A stretch of 64,000 bases of DNA from the human T2T-CHM13v2.0 reference genome, Homo sapiens: NCBI RefSeq assembly GCF_009914755.1, contig NC_060948.1. The stretch is one strand, 5' to 3'. The notes beneath the pieces were generated by a model. The model was not told the DNA's origin. It did no database searches and saw nothing but the letters and a program-made list of their open reading frames with translations. Shown here in pieces: positions 40,201-58,588 of the stretch. Position 1 is the stretch's first letter. Every line of letters starts with the position of its first letter. Position numbers and translations under genes: made by a program.

Positions 40201-42319
40201 CCATGGTAGAAAGGGGGGAGTAAAATAATTTAAATCAGCTCAGCAAGCTTAATGTCATGTGTTTTGAAAAATGAATCAATCAGTATTTCTAAGGAGTGAT
40301 GTTATCATTATCAATGATATCAGTTATGGTCTATTTCAAGAAAGAGGTTGAACTCCATGGCCCCGGGTTCTGGAAATATAGGACATATGCCTGCTCTATT
40401 TCATTGCCTTGCCAAGAGAAAACAATATATAGCTTTATGCTGCTACTGAAAATTTAAAAATTTCCTTAATATTTATTAATATTTTTAAGGTAACAATAAT
40501 ATCAAAGTCACTTTTATTCTTTTTCAAATGAAATATCATTGTAATAATTGATACTGTCAATGATTATTACCAGTTTATTTTAGTCCGTGATGTGTTATGT
40601 AAATAGTGTTAGAAAAGTATCTATATATAAATAGGTTATAAAGAATGGTTCCACCCAAGAGTTCAGCCATCTGCCATTGTTTTAGAGAGAATAAGGTATA
40701 CTTGGTAGTGACAGTAGTTTTTATAATAAATGTGCTTAGGCAGGTATAAACAGTGATCTGGTAGCAGATGCTCTGTGATGTATATTAATTTTACCATTTA
40801 AACTGACATGCTTTTCAAAAGTAAATCTTTCTCTATTGAAGCTTCTGAAAGTTTATAAATACATTATAATAAGAAAAATGGGTAAAACACGTCTTACGAT
40901 ACCATCCTATCATATTCAACTTCCCTATATAAGAGATGCAATCTCAATGTAGACCAATTGAAAAATGACTGCTAATTTGGAGTATATAGGCTTTGGGAAG
41001 GCAACAAAAGCTTTATGCTAGAGATAATCTTTAAACAATTATAGAGGTCATGAATTAAAATGAGAAGTATATCTTTAAAGTTGGAGACTTGAAGACATTT
41101 ACAGGATTTTATTTGGGTGACAGTCTCTAAGATGAGTGTATCTTTAATATCTTAAATATAATATGGATTAGATAGAGGTTGATCACTCAAAAGCAGGCCA
41201 CTATAAGTAAAGCAATCTCTTATCTTGTCTTTTCTGTTTGAAAGTGACAAGCACTAGGAGACTGGCACAAGCTGCCAGTTGAAAGCCAATGCCATAGGTC
41301 TGGAATGTCAATAAGCTTGAATAATCACCTAAAGTGGCAGAGAATAGGTGGCCTTCTCTTCACAATAAACCTTCTCTTGCTTCTAAATTTTATTAAGCTT
41401 CCTACACCAAATAATAAAGGTCATTTAACATTTGTGTTTCTATAATTTATGAGCCATGAGGCGATTCATTTTATGACAACATTCTTTCTTCTGCTTTTTA
41501 AAAAATCTTACTTCTCACTTTCCTTTGCCTATAAGACAGACTATTTGCCATTTGTTATTTTTTGTAGTTCTTTGAAAGTCAGTATAATCAGTCATTCAAG
41601 ATGTAGCATTTGGGTGACTTGGAATATTTAGTAGTGTTAGCCACACATCAACTTCTTATTTTAAAATGATTTATAAATTTTAATGAATGAGGAGTATTAT
41701 AGCAACATATTTTTAATCCCCATGACACTTTTAAAATTGGACAATAACTTGCAACTCTCATGATTGCTTTCATCAACAGAACATTCAACAACTGGTGAAT
41801 ATATCAAGGAATTCATTAAAAAATGAATAACTATAGACCATCTGTCTTACCATGATTTCTATGATTTTTTAATTTACATTTTATTGAATATTGAAGATGC
41901 CCAATAGAGAATAGAATAGAGATAACAGTGTTCGCTTAGCCAATTTTTTCTCTCTCTTAATCAATAATCTTAGAAATTGTTTTCCCAGTTCCACTAGGTA
42001 CATGGTCTTTATCTGGCATTAATCAATCTTATATTGGAAATGTTTGTATGTTATCTAAACAAACTTTTTCTGAATAGTGTATATGAAATAAGCCATTAAA
42101 AGTTTAGTTTTTTCTTAGAAAATTCTTCTCTTGCAATTTGTATAGACCTGAAAGGCTGGTAATTTTAAATATTATTTTGGGGTATCTAATTATACGATAA
42201 AAATATTTGAACATTGAATACAAATTTTTATTGCGGTAATTCTTTGTGTAATCACTATTCATGAAACCTTTTCAGCACAGACCATTGTAGATAATTTGTT
42301 TTAGGCAATCATCTTACGT

Positions 42320-42600
42320 ATTACAGAACTCTAGTCCGTTTACTACAATTAACTAGCTCTGTGAACTTGGATAGGTCTTTTAACTTCACTGTCTCTTTTT
42401 CTTAATTTATATAATGAAGGGATTATACGAATCTCTAGTGCCCCTTCTAGGGTCATAATTTTGTAACTATTAAAATCCCAGAATTTACATGTGCAGGTGT
42501 TGCCTTTTACATTGTCTTTAAATTCTAGAGCTCTCAGGGACCTTGGGTGCTATTTAGTCCAGCTCCCTCATTATGCAAATGAGATAACTGAGATTTGGCC
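42320..42600. mobile_element. MIR-family fragments (two, opposite orientation)
   Basis: actagctctgtgaacttggataggtc and tagtccagctccctcattatgcaaatgagataactgag core-like motifs. Confidence 0.55.
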
Positions 42601-43378
42601 CTTTTAAGCAACAACTTAATGTTCTAAATTAAGATTTGAAGTGTATCGTTTATCGTGTTCTAAAATAAGAGTCACTAATGTTGGTAAGCAGCTACTTTTG
42701 AAATTTAAATGAAACAACTCATGAGAGAAAAGTAGTATAAAATTTAGCATTATCATCACTCAAGGGGACTGTTACAATATATCCAAATGGAGAACTTTTT
42801 TATATGTGATGAGGCCCTTTATTTTTTTAAAAAGGTTCCTGTTTTAAAAATGCCCTGAAAGAGCATTTGGAGCAATACAGACTGCCGATTTCTAAAATTA
42901 CTGTTTGTGCTAACCAGTGAAAGTACTGCAGAAAAAACTGTAAACATGCTGAATGATAATGATCTCTATGTCAGGAAAACTAGCCACTTTTCACTATGCT
43001 TATCTAATGTAGTTAAATTGTGTGTACGTGTGTGTATGATTACTTCCAGAACAACTTGGAATTAAAAAATGAATTTTAGAAGGTAAATTTCCTTTGAATA
43101 TGATGAAAAGTGCATAAACAGAATCTCCAGGAGGAGAAACGCAGAATATGTGAATATATCTTTTATGCATTCTGCTGTAAACTCAGCTCTTCCTCTATAT
43201 GAAATTCCTGTGTAACTCTATGCTACTTCTACTTTCCAGAAGAATGAAGTCTCAGTTAACAAGGAATTGATATTCATAGACTCAATCGACTGAGTTAATA
43301 GTGTGCCATATAGTCAAAATGTTTTGGGTAAACCCTATTATAATAGTCCTTTTTGGATAATGATTAGAACTTGAGATG

Positions 43379-43864
<486 letters not shown>

Positions 43865-44344
43865 AGTTATATGAAGTTTGTCTTACATATAAAGTCTGTT
43901 AGCTTTTATTTATACTAATAGATGACATCATAGAAATTGATGCTCTGGATTAAGAAAGTCATGCAAAAATAAAAATATTTTGAGAAGAATACTTGATCAT
44001 CTTGAAAATAGCATTAGTTTTATAGGACAATATTATTGAAGCATGTAAAAAAAACAGTGAGTTTTAATTAACTTTTAGAAGATTCTACTCCTACTCCTTG
44101 GCTTATCAATAGTGCATTGCAAGGTTCACTTGGCTCACTATAATTTTTATTTTAATGATGTTGTTTTCCAGGGCTGAGTTTAGACTGTGATTTCCTTAGA
44201 TTTATGCATGTAACTTAATCTAAAACTGAACCTGACAATTTTTTCTAACTGATTGTTCCATTTAACTGTATTCTGTCTCTTTGGAAAGTGTGTGTCCTCA
44301 TATTGCAGAAATGCCTCTTAAATTTGATTTGAAGAAGGAGTCAA

Positions 44345-44428
44345 TTTTTTTTTTGGGGGGTGGGGGAACGGAATCTCACTGTCACCCAGGCTGGAGTGCA
44401 GTGGCGCGATCTCAGCTCACTGCAACCT
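44345..44428 (-). mobile_element. Heavily 5'-truncated Alu (3' end of right arm only)
   Basis: ctgtcacccaggctggagtgcagtggcgcgatctcagctcactgcaacct with T tail; TSD aggagtcaa. Confidence 0.88.
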
Positions 44429-45539
44429 GAGAGGAGTCAACTTTACAGAGGTACATACATGTCTTCTACATTCTTTTAAAGAATGTAGCTAATTAATCTG
44501 ATTTTTAAAGACTAAGTTAAATATTAACAAGGAATTCAGGGATCTTTGCCTCATTCAGACTGTAGTTACAAGGACAGAGTACTCATTAGAGATATTTTTG
44601 ATATATGAATGCACCAAAGGCATTCTCAGTTGTTGGATAAATCATGTATTTGATTCAGCTGTTTGTGTTTGTTTTCTTCGTTCAGATAATCTTCTATAAA
44701 AGCTACTTTTACTAGCTTAAATCCATTGCAAACTTTGCAGTAATAATGTTTTCTAATTTCTCTTCCCCCAGTTGATTATGAATTATACTGGACAGAAGAA
44801 CAGGATACATTGAAAAATTTCACACAAATATGTTTTTATTCAAGTAGAAAACTGGAGTTTTAGGATTTGACCCAAATTAAATCCAAATATTGAAATTTCA
44901 ATTCAAAGTGCCATAGTATTGAACTATTAAGTCTTCCCTTCTGAAATAACTAGCCATTACATTTTTGCAAAACAGCTTAACTTATGAAATATAATATCTG
45001 AAATCCAAATATCATGGCGAAAGATCTTAAACAAAGTGAGCCCAATTCAATACCCATGTAACTTTGGCAAATATCCCCTCAGGGTTTCAAAGGATATGAA
45101 CTGTGGCTAAGTAAAAAAACCTTTCATCTAGAAAGATCCCATAATGCCCAACAGTCTGAAGTGAATCTGTCTATGTGTTAGTACTCAATACAGGGTAAAA
45201 ACATACTGCTTTCAGGGCAGAGAATTGGAATTTCACTGCACAAGGGAAATTTATCATATGCTTGAAACTGAACTTTCAGAGCTGCTTTAGCAATACTATT
45301 TTTTGCAGAAAGAAAAAAAAAAGTTGACCTTCAGAGACCTTGTTTTCAAAAGACCATGAATTTCTTTGTCTACTCCCAAAAAGATTTTTTTTGAAATCAG
45401 AGAATTTTAATACCCGTAAGAGATGCAGATATGTTTAATTCTCTTATATTCTGTTTCTTTCTTAGTCTCTTATCTACAAAACACATTTTAGTGGTTATTA
45501 AAGTATATAAGACTAAATAACTCGTTATGAAGAGAAGCA

Positions 45540-45710
45540 TTCTATTGGAGTGGGACCAGATTGCCTAGAAGAGAATATCAAGTCTGCTCCTTCCTAGTAG
45601 TATGACATTTGACAAGACATTTAGGCTTCCTGTGCCTCAGCTTTGTGCATCCTTAAAATGAGAATAATAAAAGCAGTTGCTTTGTAGCATTGTTGTATTA
45701 AATGAAAGTG
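45540..45710 (+). mobile_element. MIR fragment
   Basis: tgacatttgacaagacatttaggcttcctgtgcctcagc...taaaatgagaataataa core. Confidence 0.65.
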
Positions 45711-45761
45711 CATGTATTTGTCTGCATATATACATATATTTACAGCATTTAAAAATATTTT

Positions 45762-46078
<317 letters not shown>

Positions 46079-46083
46079 TCACA

Positions 46084-46245
46084 CAGCACTTTTCAGTTTC
46101 AAATGCATACAGACCACCTAGAAATTTTGTTAAAATGCAAACTCAGCAGTTGGGTATAGGGACCAGAGAGTTTTCATTTCTAACAAGTCCCCAGGGTATG
46201 TGAATACTGTTGGTGTGGGGGCTACACTTTGGGTAGCAAAGTTCT
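46084..46245. mobile_element. MER5B-like hAT element
   Basis: ttgttaaaatgca...catttctaacaagtccccagg...acactttgggtagcaa. Confidence 0.7.
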
Positions 46246-46465
46246 AACAAATGTGCTTAGCAGCTGACCCAGGTAAAGATGAAGGAGAGCAGAGCAGCAA
46301 TTGGCCATGATAAACTGAGGCATTAAAATAACTCATGACAATCTGTCCTAAAGCCTCAGACACATTGTATTATATTTTAAGATACATAAAATTTTACCAT
46401 ACTGGAGTTTGTATTATAGAGACTTTGAGATAATTCTCATAGTAAAGTGCAGAAAAGCATTATAG

Positions 46466-46898
<433 letters not shown>

Positions 46899-48989
46899 TT
46901 TTTCTGATAATTTTTATTTGAAAAACAATGCACTCCATTTATACGTCACCCATGTCATCTAGGTGAATATAAATGCCATTTTTATTTTAGGTGTTCAACT
47001 ATAGGCAAGCTCTTCATTTCTAGGAAACTGATCAGAAGAATAACAGGGCAGATAGGGCATTCGCAAAGCAGAGTACCAGCTGCGCTGTCAACTAATCAAG
47101 TCAGCAAACATCTCTGCAGGTGAAGTCATTGTGATTCCTATTAACTCAAGCAGATTAAGAATTCTTCTGGATCATTGCTAGTGTTGATGTGTCAACTTTT
47201 GCAAACAATTATCAGACTGGGAAAGGTGAACAAAGGAAGCCAAGAAAGTCACAGGAAGTAGACAAAAAAGATGCAGATAAGTTTTCCATTGAATGTGGGG
47301 TGCTGGACTGTTTTATTTGACCACTTTTGCCTATATCCAGAAGAATTTGTTTGTTGTGTATGCAATTGAGTCATAGAAAAGAAACGTCCTGTTGTTAAAG
47401 TTCTCATAGTTTTGGGAAACATATTTGCTTAGCTATTCAATGTGGATATATTCTATGATAGGAACTTTAATTAGGTAACTGCTGATTATGTGTAAGTTTT
47501 ATTTCTTTTTTTTATCTCATTGCTTACTTATATATCCTAGTTTAATTCCAAAGAGTGAAAAAATATTGACTGATTATTTGTTCTTGCATCTTTTTTAATT
47601 ATCACCATTCATTTTCATTGCAATCTCCTTCTCCCAGTATGTTTTATGAGGCTTTGTGCCTTGAGTGTAATGGGCATAAAATGAAGGGAAGTCTATGTTT
47701 TTAGTATGCATGATGTTTTCTGAATATAGATGCTTAAGGAAATTGTAGGCAGGTGTGTTTTCATCTCTCACACTATGTGGCTTTTTCTATTCCATGGTAG
47801 GAATCAAAGATAGCCAAGTTAAGAACATTGTGGCTCATTGGAATTAGAACTTCATGCAGTTTAAAACTGATTATTTTATTTGTTTCAAATTATTTTAGCA
47901 TTCTCAAATTAACCATCCAAAGTTTCCCCAGAGATGAATAGTTTCACATCTTACAATAGCACCAGCAATAATAAATATATAGTCAACATTTTCCTTTTTT
48001 CATATTTAAATGTACAGACTACTTTTTGAGATGTTAGAAAAAGTAGATTGATAATGTGTCATTGCAAACTTATAATCAGGCTTATTGTCACATAGGCATA
48101 AGCACAAATAAACATTCCTCCTCAAGGTGTGGAGGAATATTGAATATATTGAAGATGAAGCAAACTAACTCTCAACAGGAAGGAATAATAGTATACTTGG
48201 CATCTTTATAACTCCAAATCATCACGGAAGTAAAACATTTTTAATATTACATTTTTTTCTTGTGTAGACATGGCAGCACAATTTTGTTTTACTTCATCAC
48301 AAGAGTGTTTCATTGCAAATTTTAAGAATATTTTTATAATTTTCTTTACAATGGCTGTATTACATGAGACCAAGCCATTTCATTGTAATATTTTAAGGTG
48401 ATTTATTGCTAGTAACCACAAGGCAATATGCCATCTTTTATTAAAAAAATTCCACAGGAAGCATAATGACTATGTTTTTTAATCAATGCAATTTGTTTTA
48501 AAGGATTTTATCTTGAAGTTAGTAACGAAACTTCTGTACATCTGGAATGCTGAATGTCCTATCAGACTTCAGCCTGTGCTGATATATAACAAGTATAAAT
48601 ATATCTAATGAAGATAGTTTTAGGCAAATATGAGGGTTCTGGAAGCAATAATTTGAAGTTTTGAAAAATTACTATGGATCAAATGATAACGCTTCATTTG
48701 TATTCTGCTTTTTTGTCCTTGGATCTACGTTTTTACTTTAAGCAAATGTAAAAATGGCTGTAAAGAGATATAATCATTTTTGTGAAAAAGTAAATGGCCT
48801 TAAGCTGGTTACATGAATTAATCCTTCATGTCCTTTACTCCTTTCTGCTTTTGAAGGAAAGATTAATTCCGTTATCAAATTAACACGTGCACAAATATTT
48901 GGTACTGTATATTCAGTGGAATGAATATGATTAGAAAAAAGGGGACCTGATATACAGTCTAGGTTCTGTCAATAACTCTGTAACCTAGG

Positions 48990-49691
48990 TGACACAAACA
49001 AATGGAAAAACATTCCAAGCTCATGGATAGGAAGAATCAATATCATTAAAATGACCGTGTTACCCAAAGCAATTTACAGATTCAATTCTATTCCTATCAA
49101 ACTACCGATTACATTCTTCACAGAACGAGAAAAAGGCTATTTTAAAATTCATATGGAACCAAAAGAAAGCCTGAATAGCCAAGGCAAATCTTAAAAAGAA
49201 CAAAGCAGGAGGCATCACACTGCTCTAATTCAAACTATAGTACAAGGATCCAGTAACCAAAACAACATGGTACTGGTATAAAAACAGGCACATAGACCAG
49301 TGGGACCGAATAGAGAGCCCAGAAGTAAGGCCACACACATACAATCATCTGGTCCTTGACAAAGCTGAGAAAAAGAAGCAATGGGGAAAGAACTCCCTAG
49401 TCAATAAATGGTGCTGGGATAACTGGCTATATGCAGAAGATTGAAGCTGGACTGCTTCCTTACACCGTATACAAAAATCAACACAAGGTGGGTTAAAGAT
49501 TTAAATGTAAAACCCCAAACTATAAAACCCTGGAATACAGCCTAAGCATCCATTCTCGACATAGGAACTGGCAAAGATTTCAAGACCACAAAAGCAAGTG
49601 CAACAAAAGCAAACATTGACAAATGGGAATCTAATTTAATGAAAGAGCTTCTGCACAGCAAAATAACTATCAACAGAGTAAACAGACAACT
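48990..49691 (+). mobile_element. Internal L1 ORF2 fragment (L1PB/old L1PA type) lacking both ends
   Basis: gacacaaacaaatggaaaaacattcca...tcatggataggaagaatcaatatc...ataaatggtgctgggataactggcta; no 3'UTR or tail. Confidence 0.88.
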
Positions 49692-52674
49692 TAAACAGCA
49701 TCTATAAGGAACAACTGCTAAATTACACAATTGCTTCTTAGGCAAATACAAGACAAGTAATTAACATTGTATTTTCAACTATGCATTTGAAATTTTATAC
49801 ATGTTTATAATTTCATATATTTGCCAAAAGTGTGTGCGTGTGTGTATATATATGTATATATACCAAAGATTCTAATTGAAGATGAATAGTGCATTTAAAT
49901 TCTGGAAATTTTACTACCTTGCCTCTTGAGATACTGATAATGGAGAACTTCCAGAACAAAAGAATACAACGAATAAATGATAAACCAAAAATCACTAATA
50001 AAATACAAGAAGCTCATCTTAAATTAGTCTTAATTATTAATTTTCACCTAGATCTTCACCTTTAAAGTTTTCAAAACTCCTAGTTATTTTGTTTCAAAAC
50101 ATCATGAGTTGTTTCATGTGTCATTACTGTGTGTTCTGAGTATCTGTTTATACGTGTGTACTGGGATATGTGTCCGGGCATTTACGTTTTTTTGTTTGTT
50201 TGTTTGTTTGTTTGTTTGTTTTGTAGAGTGTGAATCTGCAAGTCATTTTATGCATATCTCCTGGGGGTTTAAAAATAAATCTCTTCTTTCTGCTAAATCA
50301 AGTTGTAAATATCTCGTTTAGTCTGCTACTACAGTAACTCATGAAAAGAGAAAGATTGCTTTTCAACATTTTACCTCTGTCCTCATTTTATGTCAGTGAC
50401 TGCTGATTATATGTACTATTAGTGAAACAGAAATCAGCATGGAGCACTTAAGTTGCTTTTCAAATAAAGTTCTTCTTTCAGCATTTAGTTTCCCAGAAGG
50501 CTTTTAATCAAGGTTATGGGAAAGTCCATAAACTTTCTGCTGAATATTTAACAAGCTGGAAGTCACTGCAAATGTGTTTTTTCAAGGACAAGGGAAATGA
50601 GATTGCAATCAGGAAAATAGAAGACCTTATAATAAGCAAAGCTTTGTCTTCTGGATAAAATCTAACAAGAAAATCAAAGTGACTCACATTTTCAAGTTTC
50701 CTTGTAAGATTTAAAAATTTTCCTAGTTTGGATCATCATTTTCAAAATGGTAAATAGGACTGAGTAATTCATTTGAGTCCAATTACTATCTTATCTTTAA
50801 GAAGATGGTTGGAATGAGTTCTGCAAAATGGTGATAGCGGCAGAATATAAGAAGATGTCACTGAAGTTCCACTGTTTAATATTAAAAGCATAATTCTTTT
50901 GGATAAAAGAAATTTTATAAAATTTACAAATGTCATGTGATTACTATATATTTTGTAAATGACCTAGCCCACCCTCATCAAAGCAAAAACCTCACAAAAC
51001 TATGTTTCCACTCTCACAGGAATCAAAAGTTATGAAAAGAGATAGGAACAGATTCAAAAATACTTACATATTGTATTTTCTTTTAACATGAAAGAAAATT
51101 GGAAGTTTCTTTCAACATTGTCTGTCTACTGAGAATGGTGACAAGGAGTAAAAATAGAAATGCATACTTTGGACTTTCAAAGAAATGTAAGGATATTTGG
51201 CAGCTTTAGTGTGGTAAGGGCAAGTTATGATCATGTGTATCATGCCTACTGTGTAATAAAAGAATGAATACATTTTCATTCTATCCTCATTTATATTAAA
51301 ATAATCTATGTAGGGAAGTTAAGTCTTTCCCTCGATCACATAGAAATGTAGAGTAAAAATTTCACTCTTATCGCCTCTGATTGCTAAATCAGAAAAATTT
51401 ATACAAGACATTTATCCTTACTGTACCTTCAAGTTTTGATATATAGTAAGAATATCCTACTGTTTGTTATTTATCTTAAAGTTTTATGTATGGATATAGA
51501 AACATTATTCTTTTCTGAAAAGAAAATTTTGACTTTTAAGGAAAAATTATATAGTAGGAGTTCAAATAGATTGCAACTTACCTCCTTCCTGCTTACATAA
51601 TTTTGGAACTGTTCTAGCAGAGTTTAAGAAGAACTGTGAGGGGTAGGCAATAGGTTGGTCTTTGAGCTTAATCACTGAATTCCACTTCTCCAACCTGTGC
51701 ATGAGTGAAATAAGCAGGTATTGGAGAAAGGACTTGGCTACATATTATGGAAGCCAACTCTGGTCTCTGCCACTTGGTGCAAGTGAACATATAACTGAAG
51801 AATTTTAAGAGACAATAATGGTTTGTTGTGTCTGAGCAATTTTCAATGCATGCAAATCATATTCTATATTTATTTTGTTATTGCCCCTAACACCTCCTAC
51901 AAAGTAATATATATTGTAAGAATGGTGGGGGGTTGTGACTTGAGGAAGTACATATTCATGCGCCATCAGGTTTCCTCCTCTGTGTAATGTACACAATAAT
52001 ACTGCCTACCTCTTTGGATTATTTTGAGGGCCAAATGACATAAGCAATACAATACCCTTAACACCACATTTCACACACCTTAAACAATTTACTGTTAATA
52101 ATGGATACTTTTCTAATCATATTCAAGCCATGAACTCCCTCCCCATAATAATAAACATTCATTCAAGGATTCACATAGCATTTCACAAAGTCTTTGATCA
52201 CTTTGGAGATTCAGTTGTCTGACCTAAACAAGAAAGGCCATAGGTATTAGCCTATTACGTTAGAGGAAACTTCATTGACCATTTTGTCTTCTCAGGCCAA
52301 TCCACTCATGTTAATAAGTGATTTCTCTGGTTGTTTTTAGAAGAGAATTGTTTAACAAAGTTGAATGAGTTCATGAGTCATATAGACAAAGCTTTAGTTG
52401 TATTTTTTTTAAAAGTAGCTCTTCTTTTGTTTCCATTGCAAAGAAGATTATATTGGCATTCAGAATAAAGAAGAAAATAAAATGAACCATAATCTCAGTA
52501 CCAAGATAACATCAGTTATATTAAAAATAAAAGTATTAACATGTGTATACATGGTAAAACATTTAAACACCACTGTAAGATATGAAAGTAAAAGTTAGTG
52601 TCTCCCTCAGCACCTCTCTTCACTGCTCACAAACACCTCTTACAACAGATAATTTCTGTTAAAAGCTTTTTCTG

Positions 52675-54720
<2,046 letters not shown>

Positions 54721-54721
54721 G

Positions 54722-55035
54722 TTTTTTTTGTTTGTTTGTTTCTGTTTTTTGTTTTTTGAGACGGAGTCTTGTTCTGTTGCCCAGGCTGGAGTGCAGTGGC
54801 ATAATCTCGGCTCACTGAAACCTCTGCCTCCGGGTTCAAGCAATTCTCCTGCCTCAGCCTCCTGAGTACCTGGGATTACAGGCACATGCCACCATGCCAG
54901 GCTAATTTTTGTATTTTTAGTAGAGACGGGGTTTTACCATGTTGGCCAAGCTGGTCTCGAACTCCTGACCTTGTGATCCATCCACCTCGGCCTCACAAAG
55001 TGCTGGGATTACAGGTGTGAGCCACCTTGCCAGCC
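54722..55035 (-). mobile_element. Alu (AluS type)
   Basis: Full dimer; TSD ttaaagtgtttt. Confidence 0.96.
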
Positions 55036-55416
55036 TTAAAGTGTTTTAATATTAAGAAATGAATAGATGAAAAAAATTGTCTCATTGATGCCTAGATATA
55101 ATTTTCCATATTTATAAGTGAGACAGGGCATCTTAGCATGTTTTAACATGTGTTTATCAGAATAGTAATTTCAGCTACAGAAAATTCCCTTTATCATTAT
55201 TATTTGAAATATAAGACTTTTGCAAATAACTGCAGTTTTTTCGTAAAAGCAGTTTGTCAATTTCATAGAGTTAGATGCATCTGAAATTAATTTGCCTTGT
55301 CAAGCTCATGTAGAAGGGGGAAGAAACACCACAAATGTCAGTGTTTGCCAAAGTTACTGGAATGCGTGTAATAAAGTGAAATGCTTCATTTATTACTATT
55401 GTTTAATGAAATAGTA

Positions 55417-55738
55417 TTTGTTTTTTATTTTTATTTTCTTTATTTTATTTTTTGAGACGGAGTCTCACTCTGTTGCTCAGGCTGGAGTGCAGTGGCGCAA
55501 TCGATCTCGGCTCACTGCAAGCTCTGCCTCTCGGGTTGACGCCGTTCTCCTGCCTCAGCCTCCTCAGCAGCTGGGACTACAGGTGCCTGCCACCATACCG
55601 GGATAATTTTTTGTATTTTTAGTAAAGACAGGGTTTCACCGTGTTAGCCAGGACGGTCTCGATCTCCTGACCTTGTGATCCGCCCGCCTCGGCCTCCCAA
55701 AGTGCTGGGATTACAGGCGTGAGCCACTGCGCCCAGCC
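55417..55738 (-). mobile_element. AluY-like
   Basis: Full dimer; TSD gaaatagtattt. Confidence 0.96.
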
Positions 55739-58123
55739 AAGAAATAGTATTTTTTACTTTTATTCAAATCTATATAGAATTTATCTATATAAATGCCTGC
55801 TTAACATTAACATATTTTTAAAAATGTAATTGGCTAATTATATTTAGAATGATACAATTTAAGCTGGGAAGTACCAATATTAGATTAATGTGTGCTGTAT
55901 TATATACTTTCTGAGAACTAGAGGAGGTGGTGGACAAGCCATTGATTGCTAATTTGAAATAAGTTTTAAAGTATTTTGGTGGAATTTATTTTGCTAGCAT
56001 GACTTCTCTTGATTGAGGCTTTACTTATTTTAATCATGCAGGACCCATTTGTGAGAAGCTCTTTACAAAACCAAATGGATTTTTAGAATTAACCTAAATT
56101 ATATGTCATCCAATAACATTCTTGATGTTGTCATAGTTCAGCAGAGGACAATCTTGTATCGTATCTCTGTCACATAGACATAATCATACCACACAATATT
56201 TAAGCTAGAACGTGGTTTGGCATTCTGTTTAAACACTCATCAAAATGGTAAACATTCCCCTCTCTTAATTGCTTTGTTAGGCTTCAAGAAAGAGAAAAAT
56301 TATAAAGCACTATTTTCTTCTTGCTACAACCATTCATTCTACAGATAAATTCTATATTGGTGAATGGGCTATCTGGATTATGTGTATTATTGGAAGCATA
56401 ACAGATATGTCATGTAGATGACAATAGCAGAAAATGTGATTTAGCTGAAATGATAGAGCTATGAAATGTTTTTCTTCCCTAGGTCTGGACTACACACAAT
56501 TTCAAACCTTGTGGTTTATAAAATTGCAAAAGATGCATTATATTGAATCATGCTTTTGACTTATTGGGTAGAAAAGTAACAATGGCTAAACTCAAGTGAA
56601 GATTTGGTTCTTAACTGTATTTGATTCACATTTCTCTTGGTTATTTGCTTTACTCTACCTCATTTTGCTTGTGCTTATTCTGTTTCAATTAGTGGACTCT
56701 TAACATTTGTATTTACTAAAAAATCAATGCCAAGAAATTGCTTCTTTTAAGACTTATGCTTTGAAGTGTGAAATATTTAGCTTTCCAAAGAACTTTATAA
56801 GCCTATTTTTTTAGCATTTTAAAATAAGCATAGATTTATACATAGGACTGGTGGCAAAAAATGTAAACTAGAAATATGAATATAGTAATAATAGCTTTAA
56901 TTACTTTTACAGAATTTAGAAGAATGTGTCTCTGTGGGAATAAAGATTTCTCCCTCTCTTGCCCCCCTCTCCCATAGTAGCATCAGTATAATTTATTTTT
57001 AAAGAAATATCTCTTATACATTTCAGTTTTTCCCCTTATCATTGTCATTGAGTAAATTGATAGGAAGAAACATAATTAAGGAAGGAAAATCTTATTTCGG
57101 AATTATAAGCAATTTTCTCTTCTCCTCCTATTGCTTTCTGGTAGGCATCTGTTCAGGTATTTAGCTGGAGATAGAGTGAATCACCTTTCTTAGTGCGTAC
57201 AGGAAGGGGCTTTGCTTGTAGTCACACTGTCAATACTGATAATTACCTGCATAGCAACAAAAGATATATTCTTGTGATATTTTCAAAGTGAAATCGGTAC
57301 TTCAGTGGTACTCTTCATGCAGAATTGCCCCTGTGGTACCAAGTTATTGGATTTTAATGCTGCACCTGTGTGAAAGGGAGAACCAGAAAGGATATAAAGA
57401 AAAGATACCTTTAAGGAAAGGTAGTAGTTTCCATCAAGAAACAAAGGAAAATATAGGATATTTTTAAAATCTAGTTTGTGATTATCATTAGTTTTTGCTG
57501 AATTGGCTTAAAGGATTTATAAGGCTGTAAATCCAGAAACTCAAGCGTAATATTTATTATTATAAAATATAGCAGGAAATGTTAGGAATTTAGAAGCTCA
57601 TATTTTGAATCAACAATGCCAAAATATTATAGGGGAAAATGGAAAAATAAGAGAATTTGTATAAGTAGTAAAGACTGCTTTCTTGAGGCAGAAGGCAAAA
57701 GTGCCAACTGATGTTTGATGCCATCAAAGGATACTGGTCTTCTATTAAAGAAAACAATTTGTATCTTGAGGGTAAGAAAGAAGAACCTGCAAACTCTGTA
57801 AGAAGCAAAATATATTCATGTGGTATCAGTCACTAAGAAAAAGGCTTAATTTAATGAAAGCTATGTACATCCTGTTATTACTGGGGAAGTAAATAAAGTC
57901 AACAGATTACATTTAAAATAATCTCTTGTTTTCACTATTCCTGTTGTTTTGTATCACCAGTTTTTAAAGCTAATATAAGATATGAAGAAGAAATTTTTTA
58001 AAATCCAAATATATTGCAAGAGATTACTATCAGAGAAAGTTTGAGTAGGTCAATGCTATAAATACACATTAACGTTATATTTCCCCTTAGGTTGAATAAA
58101 TTGGCTATCCTATGTTATTGTAC

Positions 58124-58588
58124 TTTTAAAATTTTACTTTAAGCCCTGGGATACCTATGTTGAACATGCAGGTTTGTTACATAGGTATACATGTGCCATG
58201 GTGGTTTGCTGCACCTATCCATCCATCATCTAGGATTTAAGCCCCGCATGCATTAGGTATTTGTCCTAATGCTCTCCCTCTTTTTTCCCACCAACCCCCC
58301 AACAGGCCCCTGTGTGAGATGTTCCCCTCCCTGTGTCCATGTGTTCTCATTGTTCAACTCCCACTTATGAGTGAGAACATGCAGTATTTGGTTTTCTGTT
58401 CCTGTTTGCTGAGGATGATGGTTACCAGCTTCATCCATGTCCCTGCAAAAGAAAGGACATGAACTCATTCTTTTTTTATGGCTGCATAATATTCTGTGGT
58501 GTATAAGTGCCATATTTTCTTTATCCAGTCTATCACTGATGGGCATTTGGGTTGGTTTCAAGTCTTTGCTTTTGTAAATAGTGTTGCA
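58124..58588 (-). mobile_element. 5'-truncated L1PA 3' end
   Basis: caggtttgttacataggtatacatgtgccatggtggtttgctgcacc...cccacttatgagtgagaacatg. Confidence 0.92.
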
